Below, in pieces: positions 48,240 to 57,217 of a stretch of 62,741 nucleotides of DNA (positions are counted from its first letter, which is position 1; every line of letters starts with the position of its first letter). A program made the translations under genes and the position numbers. The stretch is from a virus (lineage: Duplodnaviria; Caudoviricetes). The notes under the pieces were generated by a model. The model was not told where the DNA came from, did not search any database, and saw only the letters and a program-made list of their open reading frames with translations. Where the stretch lies: IMG/VR virus record IMGVR_UViG_3300036773_000072, positions 1 through 62,741 of that record. One strand, 5' to 3'.

Positions 48240-48388
48240 CAAAGCAGTCCCCCGGTCAGCTTCTGCGAGAGGCTGGGTCCGGGGGCTACGTCACCGACTG
48301 TACCCCGCCACGGCGCGGGGAGCAACGGCGAATCGCCACGCCGGCATAGCTGATCCACACCGCTGTGACCGGGGGTTATCATCCGCTC

Positions 48389-49039
48389 ATGAGCGAACAG
48401 GTGAAGATCCTCCGGACTCGGTGGGTAGCCATCGACTCGGTAGCCGCTCACCCTGAGAACGCTCGCAAATCGGACACCGACAGCATCCGCCGGTCCCTGG
48501 AGGACCACGCGCAGTACGCCCCGATCGTGGTGCACGAGGCCAGCCGGAACGTGATCGTGCACAACCACGTGTGGATGATCGCCAAGGAGCTGGGCCACAA
48601 GAAGATCTACGCCACGTTCGTGGACTGCTCGGACGAGAAGGCGCGAGCCGTGCTGGCCGTGGACAACCGGACATCCGATGTGGCCACCTACGACGAGACG
48701 GCGTTGATCGCCCTGCTGGAGAGTTTGGACGCGACCGACTCCCTGGGGCAGGCCGGCTACGACCTGGGGGATCTGGACGACCTGCGGGCGCGGCTGGAGG
48801 AAGTGGACGAGCTGGAGGTGCCGGGCGAGGTGTCCCGCGACCGGCCGGCGCGCACCCTGGACGAGCAGCACGCGGACTACGCGGAGTCCGGAGTGCGCTC
48901 GATCGTGGTCATGCTGAGCAGCGAGGCGTACGTCAAGCTGGTGGCGCATCTGGACCAGATCCAGGCGCATTTCCAGACCGCGAACTACTCGGACACCGTG
49001 GCCGCGCTGGCGGCCGACTACGTGAAGCAGGTGCTGTGA
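48389..49039 (+). CDS. ParB-like N-terminal domain protein (leaderless; -10 TATCAT at 48377)
   Basis: HPENARK…IRRSL…QYAPIVV…HNH…AVDNRTSD. Confidence 0.8.
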   Translation: MSEQVKILRTRWVAIDSVAAHPENARKSDTDSIRRSLEDHAQYAPIVVHEASRNVIVHNHVWMIAKELGHKKIYATFVDCSDEKARAVLAVDNRTSDVATYDETALIALLESLDATDSLGQAGYDLGDLDDLRARLEEVDELEVPGEVSRDRPARTLDEQHADYAESGVRSIVVMLSSEAYVKLVAHLDQIQAHFQTANYSDTVAALAADYVKQVL

Positions 49040-49881
49040 AGACGCTGGAGCTGCCGCGCCTGATCGAGCGCGCCGAGGCGCGGGCCGCGCTCGTCGGTTC
49101 GCGCGTGGCCAGCCTGACGCCCACGGTCACCGAGGACACCCTGATCGTGGACGCGGACAGCGGCGAGCCGGTGGCCTACTACGCGCCACTGGGGTCGGTC
49201 GACTGTCGGGACCTCCGCTGGGCCGTCCGGTCGATCAAGGATTTCAACGGCGTCAACCGGTCCGGCTCGGGCTATCGCACGTATTCCGCGACGTTCGGCA
49301 CGGCGCCACGCAAGCCTGTGTTCCAGCGCGAGGGCTGCGCCTCCACGGCGGTGAAGCGGGACTGGCCGGCGCAGCACGCGGTGCTCGAACGGTATGCGGA
49401 ACGATGCCAGGCCATGCTCGCGGACGTACTGCCGGAGATGGTGCGGCGGTCGCAGGACGAGTCGCAGGCGATCCTGCCGGACTGGCGACTCACGCCCGAG
49501 ACGCTGTGGACCTCCGGCGTGATCAACCGGACGGTGGCGATGCCGTACCACACGGATACCTCGAACTACGACGTGTGGTCAGCGATGCCGGTGGTGCGTC
49601 GCGGCGTGCGTGGCGGGCACCTGCACATCCCGGAGTACGGCGTGGTGCTGGAGTGCCGCGACTCGTGGTGCTCGTGGTTCCCCGGCCACCGGCTAGTGCA
49701 CGGCGTGACGCCGATGAGGGTGACCGATCCGGACGCCTATCGCTATTCCGTGGTGTTCTATGCCCTGCGGGGAATGAAGGACTGTGCCACGGCCGCCATG
49801 GAGACCGCCTACGCGCAGGGCAAGCGCACCGACCGGGAGCGCGCCTACGCGGCCGACCTCGCGAAGGGGCTGACGCAGTGA
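49036..49881 (+). CDS. TET/JBP-family 2OG-Fe(II) dioxygenase
   Basis: TFG..PR, WTSGVIN, YHTD (HxD), GGHL.IPEY, HGVTP, RYSVVFY. Confidence 0.88.
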   Translation: MKTLELPRLIERAEARAALVGSRVASLTPTVTEDTLIVDADSGEPVAYYAPLGSVDCRDLRWAVRSIKDFNGVNRSGSGYRTYSATFGTAPRKPVFQREGCASTAVKRDWPAQHAVLERYAERCQAMLADVLPEMVRRSQDESQAILPDWRLTPETLWTSGVINRTVAMPYHTDTSNYDVWSAMPVVRRGVRGGHLHIPEYGVVLECRDSWCSWFPGHRLVHGVTPMRVTDPDAYRYSVVFYALRGMKDCATAAMETAYAQGKRTDRERAYAADLAKGLTQ

Positions 49882-49883
49882 TC

Positions 49884-50747
49884 ATGCAGACCCCGATGGT
49901 GGAGACCTACCGGCGCTGGCACTGGATGCAGCGCGACACGCAGGACATCGACCCCGTGTATCCGGTGCTGCGCGAGCTGACCCGGAGCTGGACGCACGAG
50001 GAACGGGCGTGGCTGGTGCTGCTGCACGTCGGCTACTACCACCTGGGCTCCGCGTTGCGGGCGTTCGACGCATACCCGGTACCCGACCGGGGCCTGGTGA
50101 CGAAGGTCGGCCGGCTGCCGTGCGCCACGGAGCGGCGAGGGCACCGCAACCCGATCGCCCTGGCACGGCACTGGCTGAGCGTGCTGGACGCGATCGAGCA
50201 GTGGGGTAGCGCGTACGCACTGCTGTGTGCGCCGTCCTGGGCCGAACTGACCGCCCGACTCACCGGTATCCACGGCAACGGCCGCTGGGCCGCGTACAAG
50301 GCAGCGGAGATGGCGCAGAAGGTGCTGGACGTGCCGGTCACCGTGCCGGACGCGGCGCACGCGGACAGCTCCGGTCCACGCAAGGGCCTGTCGCTCGTCC
50401 TCGGTCCACAGCCTGTGGACAACGGTGTGGATACGATTCGTCAACTGGACACATTGACGACAGAACTGGCACACGATCTCCGCGAGACCGACCTGGGATA
50501 CGTCGAGACCAGCCTGTGCGACTTCCACAGCCTGGCCGAAGGCCGGTACTACCTCGGGCACGACATTGATCAGATGCTAGGCCAGCTTTACGAGGTGCCC
50601 ACGATCTCGACTTCACCGACACTGCTGGCCCGCCGGCACAGCCTGCCGGACGCCTACCTGGGCGAGGTTCACGGCTGGCGGGGGATCTGGTCCGACCGGC
50701 GACAGGTGTTCGCACGCAGCGGCTACATCATGGAGAGGTACGCATGA
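49884..50747 (+). CDS. Amino-acid:DNA transferase (aGPT-Pplase2-like, HhH fold)
   Basis: DIDPVY, TERRGHR, GNGRWAAYK..E, SGPRKGL, ETSLCDFHS…GRYYLGHDID. Confidence 0.8.
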   Translation: MQTPMVETYRRWHWMQRDTQDIDPVYPVLRELTRSWTHEERAWLVLLHVGYYHLGSALRAFDAYPVPDRGLVTKVGRLPCATERRGHRNPIALARHWLSVLDAIEQWGSAYALLCAPSWAELTARLTGIHGNGRWAAYKAAEMAQKVLDVPVTVPDAAHADSSGPRKGLSLVLGPQPVDNGVDTIRQLDTLTTELAHDLRETDLGYVETSLCDFHSLAEGRYYLGHDIDQMLGQLYEVPTISTSPTLLARRHSLPDAYLGEVHGWRGIWSDRRQVFARSGYIMERYA

Positions 50748-51541
50748 TCATCGTGGTGGGTAACGGCATCGTAGGGTCCTGCCTGTCGCGGCACCTGGGC
50801 GACCGAGGGATACGACACCTGGTGGTGTCCGCCAGTGCGCCGGACTCGATGGCGGCGGCGGCACTGCTGCGCCGTGGCTACCACCACGGCGACGAGCTGG
50901 CCCTGTTCGACCGGTCGCTGGAGCTGTTCAAGACGTGGGGCGTGGACGTGCAGTCCGGCGGCTGGGTCACCAACTACCGCAAGCCGGGCAAGCGTCCGCA
51001 CCAGGAAGCCGACTGGCACATCCTGGACCCGTGTACCCCGCTGGTGTCGGCCGACGTGCAGGCGTTCGCGGTCCGCCACGAACAGGGCGTGCTGGTGGGC
51101 GATCCGACCGACGCGGAGCTGATCAAGGCTGACCGGGTGTTCTGGGCGACCGGCGCCGTAGACGCGACCGGTATTACGCACGGCGTGACGTGGACGCACC
51201 CGGACCCCGCCGTGCTGACCTCGCCCAGCCGGCTGCGGCTGCACCACTACGCGCCGTACAAGACGATCGTGGCCGCCCGTGTCGGTGGCGCCGCTCGCCT
51301 GGGCAGCTCGTCAGCGAAGTCGGCTACCACGGCGTTGACGCAAGCCGAGCGGATGTTGGCCACCGCAGCCGAGGTCGGCATGATCCGCAGTCTTCAGGGC
51401 TGGAGGGCGGTGACCGGCCTGCGGTGCAAGGGCACGAACGCGACCCCGTCCGGCATCCACTTCGGCATCGTCGGGTTCCACCGGACCGGCTACGCGATCG
51501 CTCCGGCGGCCACTGAGCGGTTCGTGGAGCGTGCGCTGTGA
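50744..51541 (+). CDS. FAD-dependent oxidoreductase (DAO/glycine-oxidase-like)
   Basis: IIVVGNGIVG, SMAAAALL, WATGA, GLR, GFHRTGYAIAP. Confidence 0.85.
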   Translation: MIIVVGNGIVGSCLSRHLGDRGIRHLVVSASAPDSMAAAALLRRGYHHGDELALFDRSLELFKTWGVDVQSGGWVTNYRKPGKRPHQEADWHILDPCTPLVSADVQAFAVRHEQGVLVGDPTDAELIKADRVFWATGAVDATGITHGVTWTHPDPAVLTSPSRLRLHHYAPYKTIVAARVGGAARLGSSSAKSATTALTQAERMLATAAEVGMIRSLQGWRAVTGLRCKGTNATPSGIHFGIVGFHRTGYAIAPAATERFVERAL

Positions 51542-52098
51542 CCAGGTTGATCTACCTCGTGGGCGAGCCGGGCGTGGGCAAGTCGTGGCTGTTCACCGAG
51601 TTGACGAAGGCGTTCGAGCGGACCGCGCTGCCGACCCCGGCACCGCGTCGGGAGTTCCTGCTGAGCCCGGACCGCAGCTCGATCGTCGGCGTGGAGCTGG
51701 GCGCGCGAGCCGGCAAGCACCATGCCGGCTATCCCGGCACCGACGCGCTGCCGATGAACGCGGTCATCGCTGCTGAGCAGTACCTGGTCTCAGGGACCGC
51801 GCAGCGCGAGACCCCGCTGATCCTGGCCGAAGGCGCGCGGCTGGGCGTGCGCCGGTTCCTGGACGCGGCGCTCACGGCGCGCATCGACACTCACGTGGTG
51901 CTCGTGACCGACCCGGAGCGGGCCGCCAAGCAGCGGGCCGACCGAGGATCGGCGCAGAACCCAAGCTGGGTGCGTGGCGCGACCACGCGAGCTGTCCGGT
52001 TCTACGCCTACGCGGTGCAGGCCGGCGTGAGCACGCACGCTTACGCGATGCGGCCGGCAACCGAAGTGCTGGCCGGTCTGGCAGATCTGATCCGGTAG
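51538..52098 (+). CDS. P-loop nucleotide kinase (candidate 5hmU-DNA kinase)
   Basis: LVGEPGVGKS, GTDALPM, EGARL, RGSAQNPSW.RG..T. Confidence 0.8.
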   Translation: MTRLIYLVGEPGVGKSWLFTELTKAFERTALPTPAPRREFLLSPDRSSIVGVELGARAGKHHAGYPGTDALPMNAVIAAEQYLVSGTAQRETPLILAEGARLGVRRFLDAALTARIDTHVVLVTDPERAAKQRADRGSAQNPSWVRGATTRAVRFYAYAVQAGVSTHAYAMRPATEVLAGLADLIR

Positions 52099-52131
52099 CG
52101 CGCGAGTCCAGCACCGGTCGCGCGAACGGAG

Positions 52132-52626
52132 GTGAGCCTGATGCCGACCCGCAAAGCGGCCAAGCCACGTCAGGTGGCCGGCGCCACCACATCCGCCACG
52201 GTGGTCGCCCTGGATGTCACGCTGGGCGCGAAGGTCGTGGAACTGGTGGCGTCCGGGCTGACCGTGACCAAGGCAGCCGAGACGCTGAAGATCACCCGCA
52301 AGCACGCCTCGGACCTGTTCAACCGCGAGCTGGCGGACATCCTGGCCGAGACCAACGAGCAGCGGCAACTGTTGTTGGCGCGCGAGCTGGAGACCCTGCG
52401 GCTGCTCAAGCGCGCCTGGATGGGCAAGGCGCTGTCCGGCGACTACCAAGCCGCCCGGATCATCCTGCAGGTCGGTGACCGCGTGCACAGCCTGCTGGGT
52501 CTCAACGCGGCGATCCAGGTGGAGATCAGCAACAAGCGGATCGATGAGACCGTGGCCGGCGTGCTGGCGCTGCTGGACTCGACCAACGACGTGCCGATGA
52601 TCCTGAATTCGGAGGACGTTGGATGA
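52132..52626 (+). CDS. Terminase small subunit (HTH)
   Basis: HTH GLTVTKAAETLKIT…; GDYQA…LLGL; ATGA overlap with terL. Confidence 0.7.
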   Translation: MSLMPTRKAAKPRQVAGATTSATVVALDVTLGAKVVELVASGLTVTKAAETLKITRKHASDLFNRELADILAETNEQRQLLLARELETLRLLKRAWMGKALSGDYQAARIILQVGDRVHSLLGLNAAIQVEISNKRIDETVAGVLALLDSTNDVPMILNSEDVG

Positions 52627-54389
52627 CGGCCGCGCTGGACGCGGAAGTCCGGGCACGGCTTGATCAACTCAATGCCGCAGAACGGCGGCTGGCCGAGGTT
52701 CGGCTGGAGCGCATCCTGAAGCGGCGTAACGCCGTCCAAGAGTTTCGCTCGCCCGGCCACCTGGCGAAGTTCGCCAACCCGGAAGTCCGGCAGACGGACA
52801 TGATGGTGGCCCTGGACAAGGCGGTGCTGGCGGCCGAGGCCGGTATGCAGCGACGCTGGATCATCTCCACGCCACCGCAGGAGGGCAAGACGCTGCGGTT
52901 GGGCACGGCCGCGCCACTGTGGTTCCTGCTGCGCGATCCGTCCCGGCGCATCGTGGTGGCCAGTTACGAGCAGAACCTGGCCAGCCGCAGCACGCTGGCC
53001 GTGCGCCAGCTCGTGGAGACCTACGGCGGTGGGTACAAGGGCGAGAACCGGCACGGCGCCGAAGATCACTTCGGGCTGGTGCTGGACCCGGACAAGGCGC
53101 AGCAGACCAACTGGCAGTTCGCGGACGTGCCCGGCCGCGTGAATGGCGGCATGACGGCGGTGGGTGTCGGCTCCGCGTTCACCGGCCGATCAGCGGACAT
53201 CCTGGTCATTGACGACGCGGTGAAGGACGCCAAGGCGGCCGACTCCCCGCAGCAGCGCAAGGTCATCTGGGACTGGTTCCGGGCGGTGGCTACGACCCGT
53301 CTGGCCGGCAACGCGATCATCATCGTGATCGGTACCCGCTGGCACGAGGATGACCTGATCGGCCGGCTGATGCGGCGAGACGACGCGGAGCCGACGCAGT
53401 TGTGGTCCCGGCTGGTGATCCGGGCACAGGCCGAGAGTGACGATCCGCTGGGCCGCACTGCGGGCGAATACCTGGTCAGCGCCCGCAAGGAGGGACGCGA
53501 CTGGTACCAGATCCGGCGTGACGTGGGCGAGCGCTGGTGGGCCGCGCTGTACCAGGGTCGGCCGGCGCCCGAGGCCGGTGGCGTGTTCAAGCAGGAGTGG
53601 TTCGACCGGCACCGCCGGACCACCGCGCCGGAGCTGACCACCACGAAGGTGTTCGTGGACCCGGCCGACAACGAAGGTGACGGCGACGAGGCCGGCGTGA
53701 TGTGTGCGGGCAAGGGCGCGGACGAGCGCTACTACCTGCTGGCCGACCGGTCGGAGACGATGACCAGCCAACGCTGGCTGCGGGTGGCCTTCCTGGTCGC
53801 GCTGGAGTTCGGCGCCGAGGAAGTAGCGTACGAGCAGTCGCTGTCCGGGCTGAAGCGCACCGCCCGGCAGGTGTGGAAGGACATCGCCCGCGAGGCGCGC
53901 AAGCTGCACGAGCTGTGGAAGGCGCTGCCCCGTCAGCCGTGGCCACGGCACGCCGACCCGGCCGTGCTGGGCGACGCGGTGGACGCGCTGGCTCGCGATG
54001 ACGCGGACGCGACCGAGAAGGCCGTGCTGGAGGCCAACCTGGTCGAGCTGTGGCCCTGGGTGCCCAAGGCGCTGGACTTCCCCGTCTCGGGCATCCCGAT
54101 CCGGGCGTTTCCGGCGAAGGGTAGCAAGACGTTCCGCGCCAAGATCATCGCACCGCTGTTCGAGGGCGGCCACGTCAGCTACGTCGGGTTCTTTCCGGAG
54201 CTGGAGCACCAGCAGATCTCGTGGCAGGAGTCGCAGAAGTCGCCCGACCGGATGGACACGGCGGTGCACGCCTTCACCGAGCTGTCCCGCATCGGTGGTG
54301 CCACGCGGGTGCAGCCAGCACAGGGTCGCATCCCCACCCGTACGTCTCGGCTCCAGATCGCTCGCCAGGCCGGCGGACGGCGGTGGTGA
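52623..54389 (+). CDS. terL: Terminase large subunit
   Basis: PPQEGKT, VIDDAVKD, GTRWHEDDL.G, ALYQGRP, VDPA, SPDRMD. Confidence 0.93.
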   Translation: MTAALDAEVRARLDQLNAAERRLAEVRLERILKRRNAVQEFRSPGHLAKFANPEVRQTDMMVALDKAVLAAEAGMQRRWIISTPPQEGKTLRLGTAAPLWFLLRDPSRRIVVASYEQNLASRSTLAVRQLVETYGGGYKGENRHGAEDHFGLVLDPDKAQQTNWQFADVPGRVNGGMTAVGVGSAFTGRSADILVIDDAVKDAKAADSPQQRKVIWDWFRAVATTRLAGNAIIIVIGTRWHEDDLIGRLMRRDDAEPTQLWSRLVIRAQAESDDPLGRTAGEYLVSARKEGRDWYQIRRDVGERWWAALYQGRPAPEAGGVFKQEWFDRHRRTTAPELTTTKVFVDPADNEGDGDEAGVMCAGKGADERYYLLADRSETMTSQRWLRVAFLVALEFGAEEVAYEQSLSGLKRTARQVWKDIAREARKLHELWKALPRQPWPRHADPAVLGDAVDALARDDADATEKAVLEANLVELWPWVPKALDFPVSGIPIRAFPAKGSKTFRAKIIAPLFEGGHVSYVGFFPELEHQQISWQESQKSPDRMDTAVHAFTELSRIGGATRVQPAQGRIPTRTSRLQIARQAGGRRW

Positions 54390-54390
54390 C

Positions 54391-54867
54391 GTGGAGATCC
54401 GACCGCAGTCCGAGACGCATCGTCTCAACGGCTCCCTGCCGGGTCCGGCGGCTGTGCGCAATCAGGTCCGTGCGGTCACCCTGCGGGTCGAGTCGCTGCC
54501 GGGCGGGCTGCTGCGGGTGTCTACTCCCACCACGCCCGGTTGGGCCGCTACAGCACGCACACAGGACGAGTTCATGCGGGCCATCCGGGACGCCTTCACT
54601 GAGGCACAGGTGGCCGCGTACGCGGCCTGGCGCAACCACGAGTACGACCTGGCCGAGACCGTGATGCGGGACGACCCGGACCCGCTGGTGGCTGCTGCCC
54701 CGTCCCGCCGGACGCGGGTGGCGGTCCGGCGGGACCAGTACGACCCGTCCGCCTGGTCGGTCTGTGCGGACGGCCGCTGGCGCTCGCCTTCCGGGCGGCT
54801 GTACCGGCCGGATTCCACGATGGTGTCGAGGGTTCGCGCTGCTCGGATCAGGGTCGGGCTCGATTGA
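54391..54867 (+). CDS. Hypothetical protein
   Basis: DGRWRSPSGRLY motif. Confidence 0.6.
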   Translation: MEIRPQSETHRLNGSLPGPAAVRNQVRAVTLRVESLPGGLLRVSTPTTPGWAATARTQDEFMRAIRDAFTEAQVAAYAAWRNHEYDLAETVMRDDPDPLVAAAPSRRTRVAVRRDQYDPSAWSVCADGRWRSPSGRLYRPDSTMVSRVRAARIRVGLD

Positions 54868-54870
54868 CGC

Positions 54871-54900
54871 TTGTGCCCCGTTCGAACAGGGGGGTACAGT
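54871..54900 (+). promoter_or_regulatory. Repeated promoter/operator, copy 7
   Basis: TTGTGC-N18-TACAGT. Confidence 0.8.
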
Positions 54901-54939
54901 CGCCTTGACCGACTGAATCCGCAACGAGGGGAACACCTG

Positions 54940-55407
54940 ATGGGTCAGCAGGAAGCGCGGCCGGAATCCATCACCGACCTGCCGAACTACGTCCAGACCG
55001 AACAACTGGCCTTCATTCGGCTCACGCAGCCGATGCTGCTGGCCAACGTCCTTCCGATCATTGACGCGCTGCTGCACAACGCGGCGCACGCCTACGGCGA
55101 GGACATGCTGGTCATCGACTCGTCCGGCGGCCAGATCGAACTGGGCCGCAGGCTGGACACGGGCGAGCTGGCCAAGATCCTGGCCGAGACGCAGGAGAAC
55201 TGGGACCGCGAGAACGATCAGCGGGAGCTGGCCGCCGGACGAGTCGAGCTGGTCGTGGGCGATGCGTTCGACGTGTCCGGCTACCAGCACACCTGCAAGC
55301 GCCAGGTCGGCTCCGAGATCTGTGCCCTGAACCGCCGGCACTACGGCAAATGTCTCGCCGTACGAGACGGCCATGTGGTCGAAACTCGCCCCGGACTCTG
55401 GCAGTAG
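54940..55407 (+). CDS. Hypothetical protein
   Basis: GAGGGG SD after promoter copy 7. Confidence 0.65.
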   Translation: MGQQEARPESITDLPNYVQTEQLAFIRLTQPMLLANVLPIIDALLHNAAHAYGEDMLVIDSSGGQIELGRRLDTGELAKILAETQENWDRENDQRELAAGRVELVVGDAFDVSGYQHTCKRQVGSEICALNRRHYGKCLAVRDGHVVETRPGLWQ

Positions 55408-55415
55408 CTCGAACC

Positions 55416-55450
55416 TCAACCCGTGCGTCACTACCCGACGCACGGGTTGA
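55416..55450 (+). terminator. Hairpin
   Basis: TCAACCCGTGCGTC / GACGCACGGGTTGA. Confidence 0.7.
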
Positions 55451-55490
55451 TTCGTGAATTGCGTCTCTGATTCGTGAACAGGAGGACACC

Positions 55491-55949
55491 GTGCCCGACA
55501 TGAACATCAGCCTGCCGGATATCAAGCTGCCGGATATGGGCAATTGCGACGTGTGCAATAACGAACCGGCGGTAGGCGTGGCCTGCGTGCCGGGAATGCC
55601 GGTGAGCGTCGCCTACGGCGCAGCCTGTCTCGCCGCCAACGCGCATCCGTACGGATTGCTGGTGGCCAACACCGCGCTGATCGGCAACTACGCGGACAGC
55701 ACGGAATGGTGGCAGGAAATGATCGACGCCACGCTGGCCCACCTCGGCAAGCCGCGCGAGCAGTTCGACGCGGACGTGGCCGAGTCCAGTGCCGAGTTCG
55801 AGCGCGAGATAGCGCTGGCGGACGAGAAGCTGGAGACCATGGCGGCCGACCGCAGTCCGCTGGAGTTCCACCCGGCCGGCTGCATCTGTCCCGGCTGCGG
55901 TGGAGTCACCACGCAGTCGCGCTGGACAGGCGGTGAGCCTCGTGGGTGA
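55491..55949 (+). CDS. Cys-containing hypothetical protein
   Basis: AGGAGG SD; CDVC…SVAYG..CL. Confidence 0.65.
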   Translation: MPDMNISLPDIKLPDMGNCDVCNNEPAVGVACVPGMPVSVAYGAACLAANAHPYGLLVANTALIGNYADSTEWWQEMIDATLAHLGKPREQFDADVAESSAEFEREIALADEKLETMAADRSPLEFHPAGCICPGCGGVTTQSRWTGGEPRG

Positions 55950-56602
55950 TCTGCCGAAGCTCAAGCGAGACTGGATCGGCCGGAAGGTCCGAACCAAGAA
56001 CGTGCTGCGCAACGGAAACTCGATTATCCCGGCTGGCACCGAGCTGATCGTGGCGGACAACCACTCTGGACTGCGCCTGCGGTCCGAACCGTGCGAGCAC
56101 TGCGGCGTCTCGATCTACATCACGCGGGTGCCCGAGTCGTCCGTAACCCTGCTCCCGCTGGAGGTCGAGACCCATGGATGAGCTGCCCGGAATCCTGGAG
56201 CGCCTGGCGAACCTGGCCGACAACCTGGAGCTGAAGGCGGCTGCGCCGCTGGAGGACGCCCAACTGACGATGCAGCACACGCTGTACGAGCTGGACGCTC
56301 TGACCGGCCGCGCGCCGGTCAGAGGTGTGCGGCCATGGTGGCTGTGATGGACGAGGCGACTCAGCAGGCCATCCTGCGGATAGCGGACCTGATCCAGGAC
56401 AAGCTGGAGGACGAGAACACCGACCGCCAGTACATCGCCGAAGACGCCCTGGCCCGTCTGGACATGCTGGCCGACCCGACCGGCGTGCCGCGCGGCGGCA
56501 TCGTGTGGGGAGTGTCGACATGAGGTACCTCATCGTGCTGGCGCCGCTCGCGCTCGTGGCACCGATGATCATCAGCCTTCTGCTCGAACACAGGAGGCCA
56601 CG

Positions 56603-57217
56603 ATGATGGCACCCGGCCACATGGCCCACGGCGCGCTGTTCGGCTTGGTACTGGCACCGCTGGCACCACACCCGGCCGGGCTGCTGGTGTCCACTGCGGT
56701 GCTCGTCGGTACCGGCGTGATCGGCGCCTTGGTACCGGACCTGGACCACCCGAAGTCGCGCCTGACGCACGCGCTCGGTCCCGTCACGTGGGTCCTGAGC
56801 TTCTGTCTGGTCCGGCTGTCCAAGGCCGTCTACATGGCGACCAGGACCAAGAAGGACTCGCCCGGTACCAACGGGCACCGGGCGATCACGCACACGCCCG
56901 TGTTCGCGCTGGCGGTCGGTACCGGCACGTTCCTGGTACTGGTACCGACCGGCCTGCACGCCTACGCCCTGCTGGTGGCACTGGGCCTGACGATGGGCTG
57001 TTTCGCCCACCTGTGTGGCGACTCGTGCACGAACAGCGGCGTGCCGTGGTTCTGGCCACTGGTGCGCGACGGCAAGCGCTGGGGCCACTACGGCATCCCG
57101 AAGGCACTGCGGTTCGAGACCGGTGGCGCCGTGGGCGAGCCGTTGATGACGCTGGTGTCGGTCGCGGCGTGTGTCGCCGTGCCGCTCGCCTACGGCTACC
57201 TGGGCTGGGGGGTGTGA
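56603..57217 (+). CDS. Membrane-bound metal-dependent hydrolase (YdjM/DUF457-like)
   Basis: GH…PDLDHPKS…GHRAITHT…HLCGDSCT.SGVP. Confidence 0.85.
   Translation: MMAPGHMAHGALFGLVLAPLAPHPAGLLVSTAVLVGTGVIGALVPDLDHPKSRLTHALGPVTWVLSFCLVRLSKAVYMATRTKKDSPGTNGHRAITHTPVFALAVGTGTFLVLVPTGLHAYALLVALGLTMGCFAHLCGDSCTNSGVPWFWPLVRDGKRWGHYGIPKALRFETGGAVGEPLMTLVSVAACVAVPLAYGYLGWGV

Noticed and set aside
49036-49881. 5mC-oxidising TET pathway
   Set aside because: No C5-methyltransferase or glycosyltransferase seen; the neighbours (AADT, kinase) belong to 5hmU pathways. Action on host-made 5mC is not strictly excluded.
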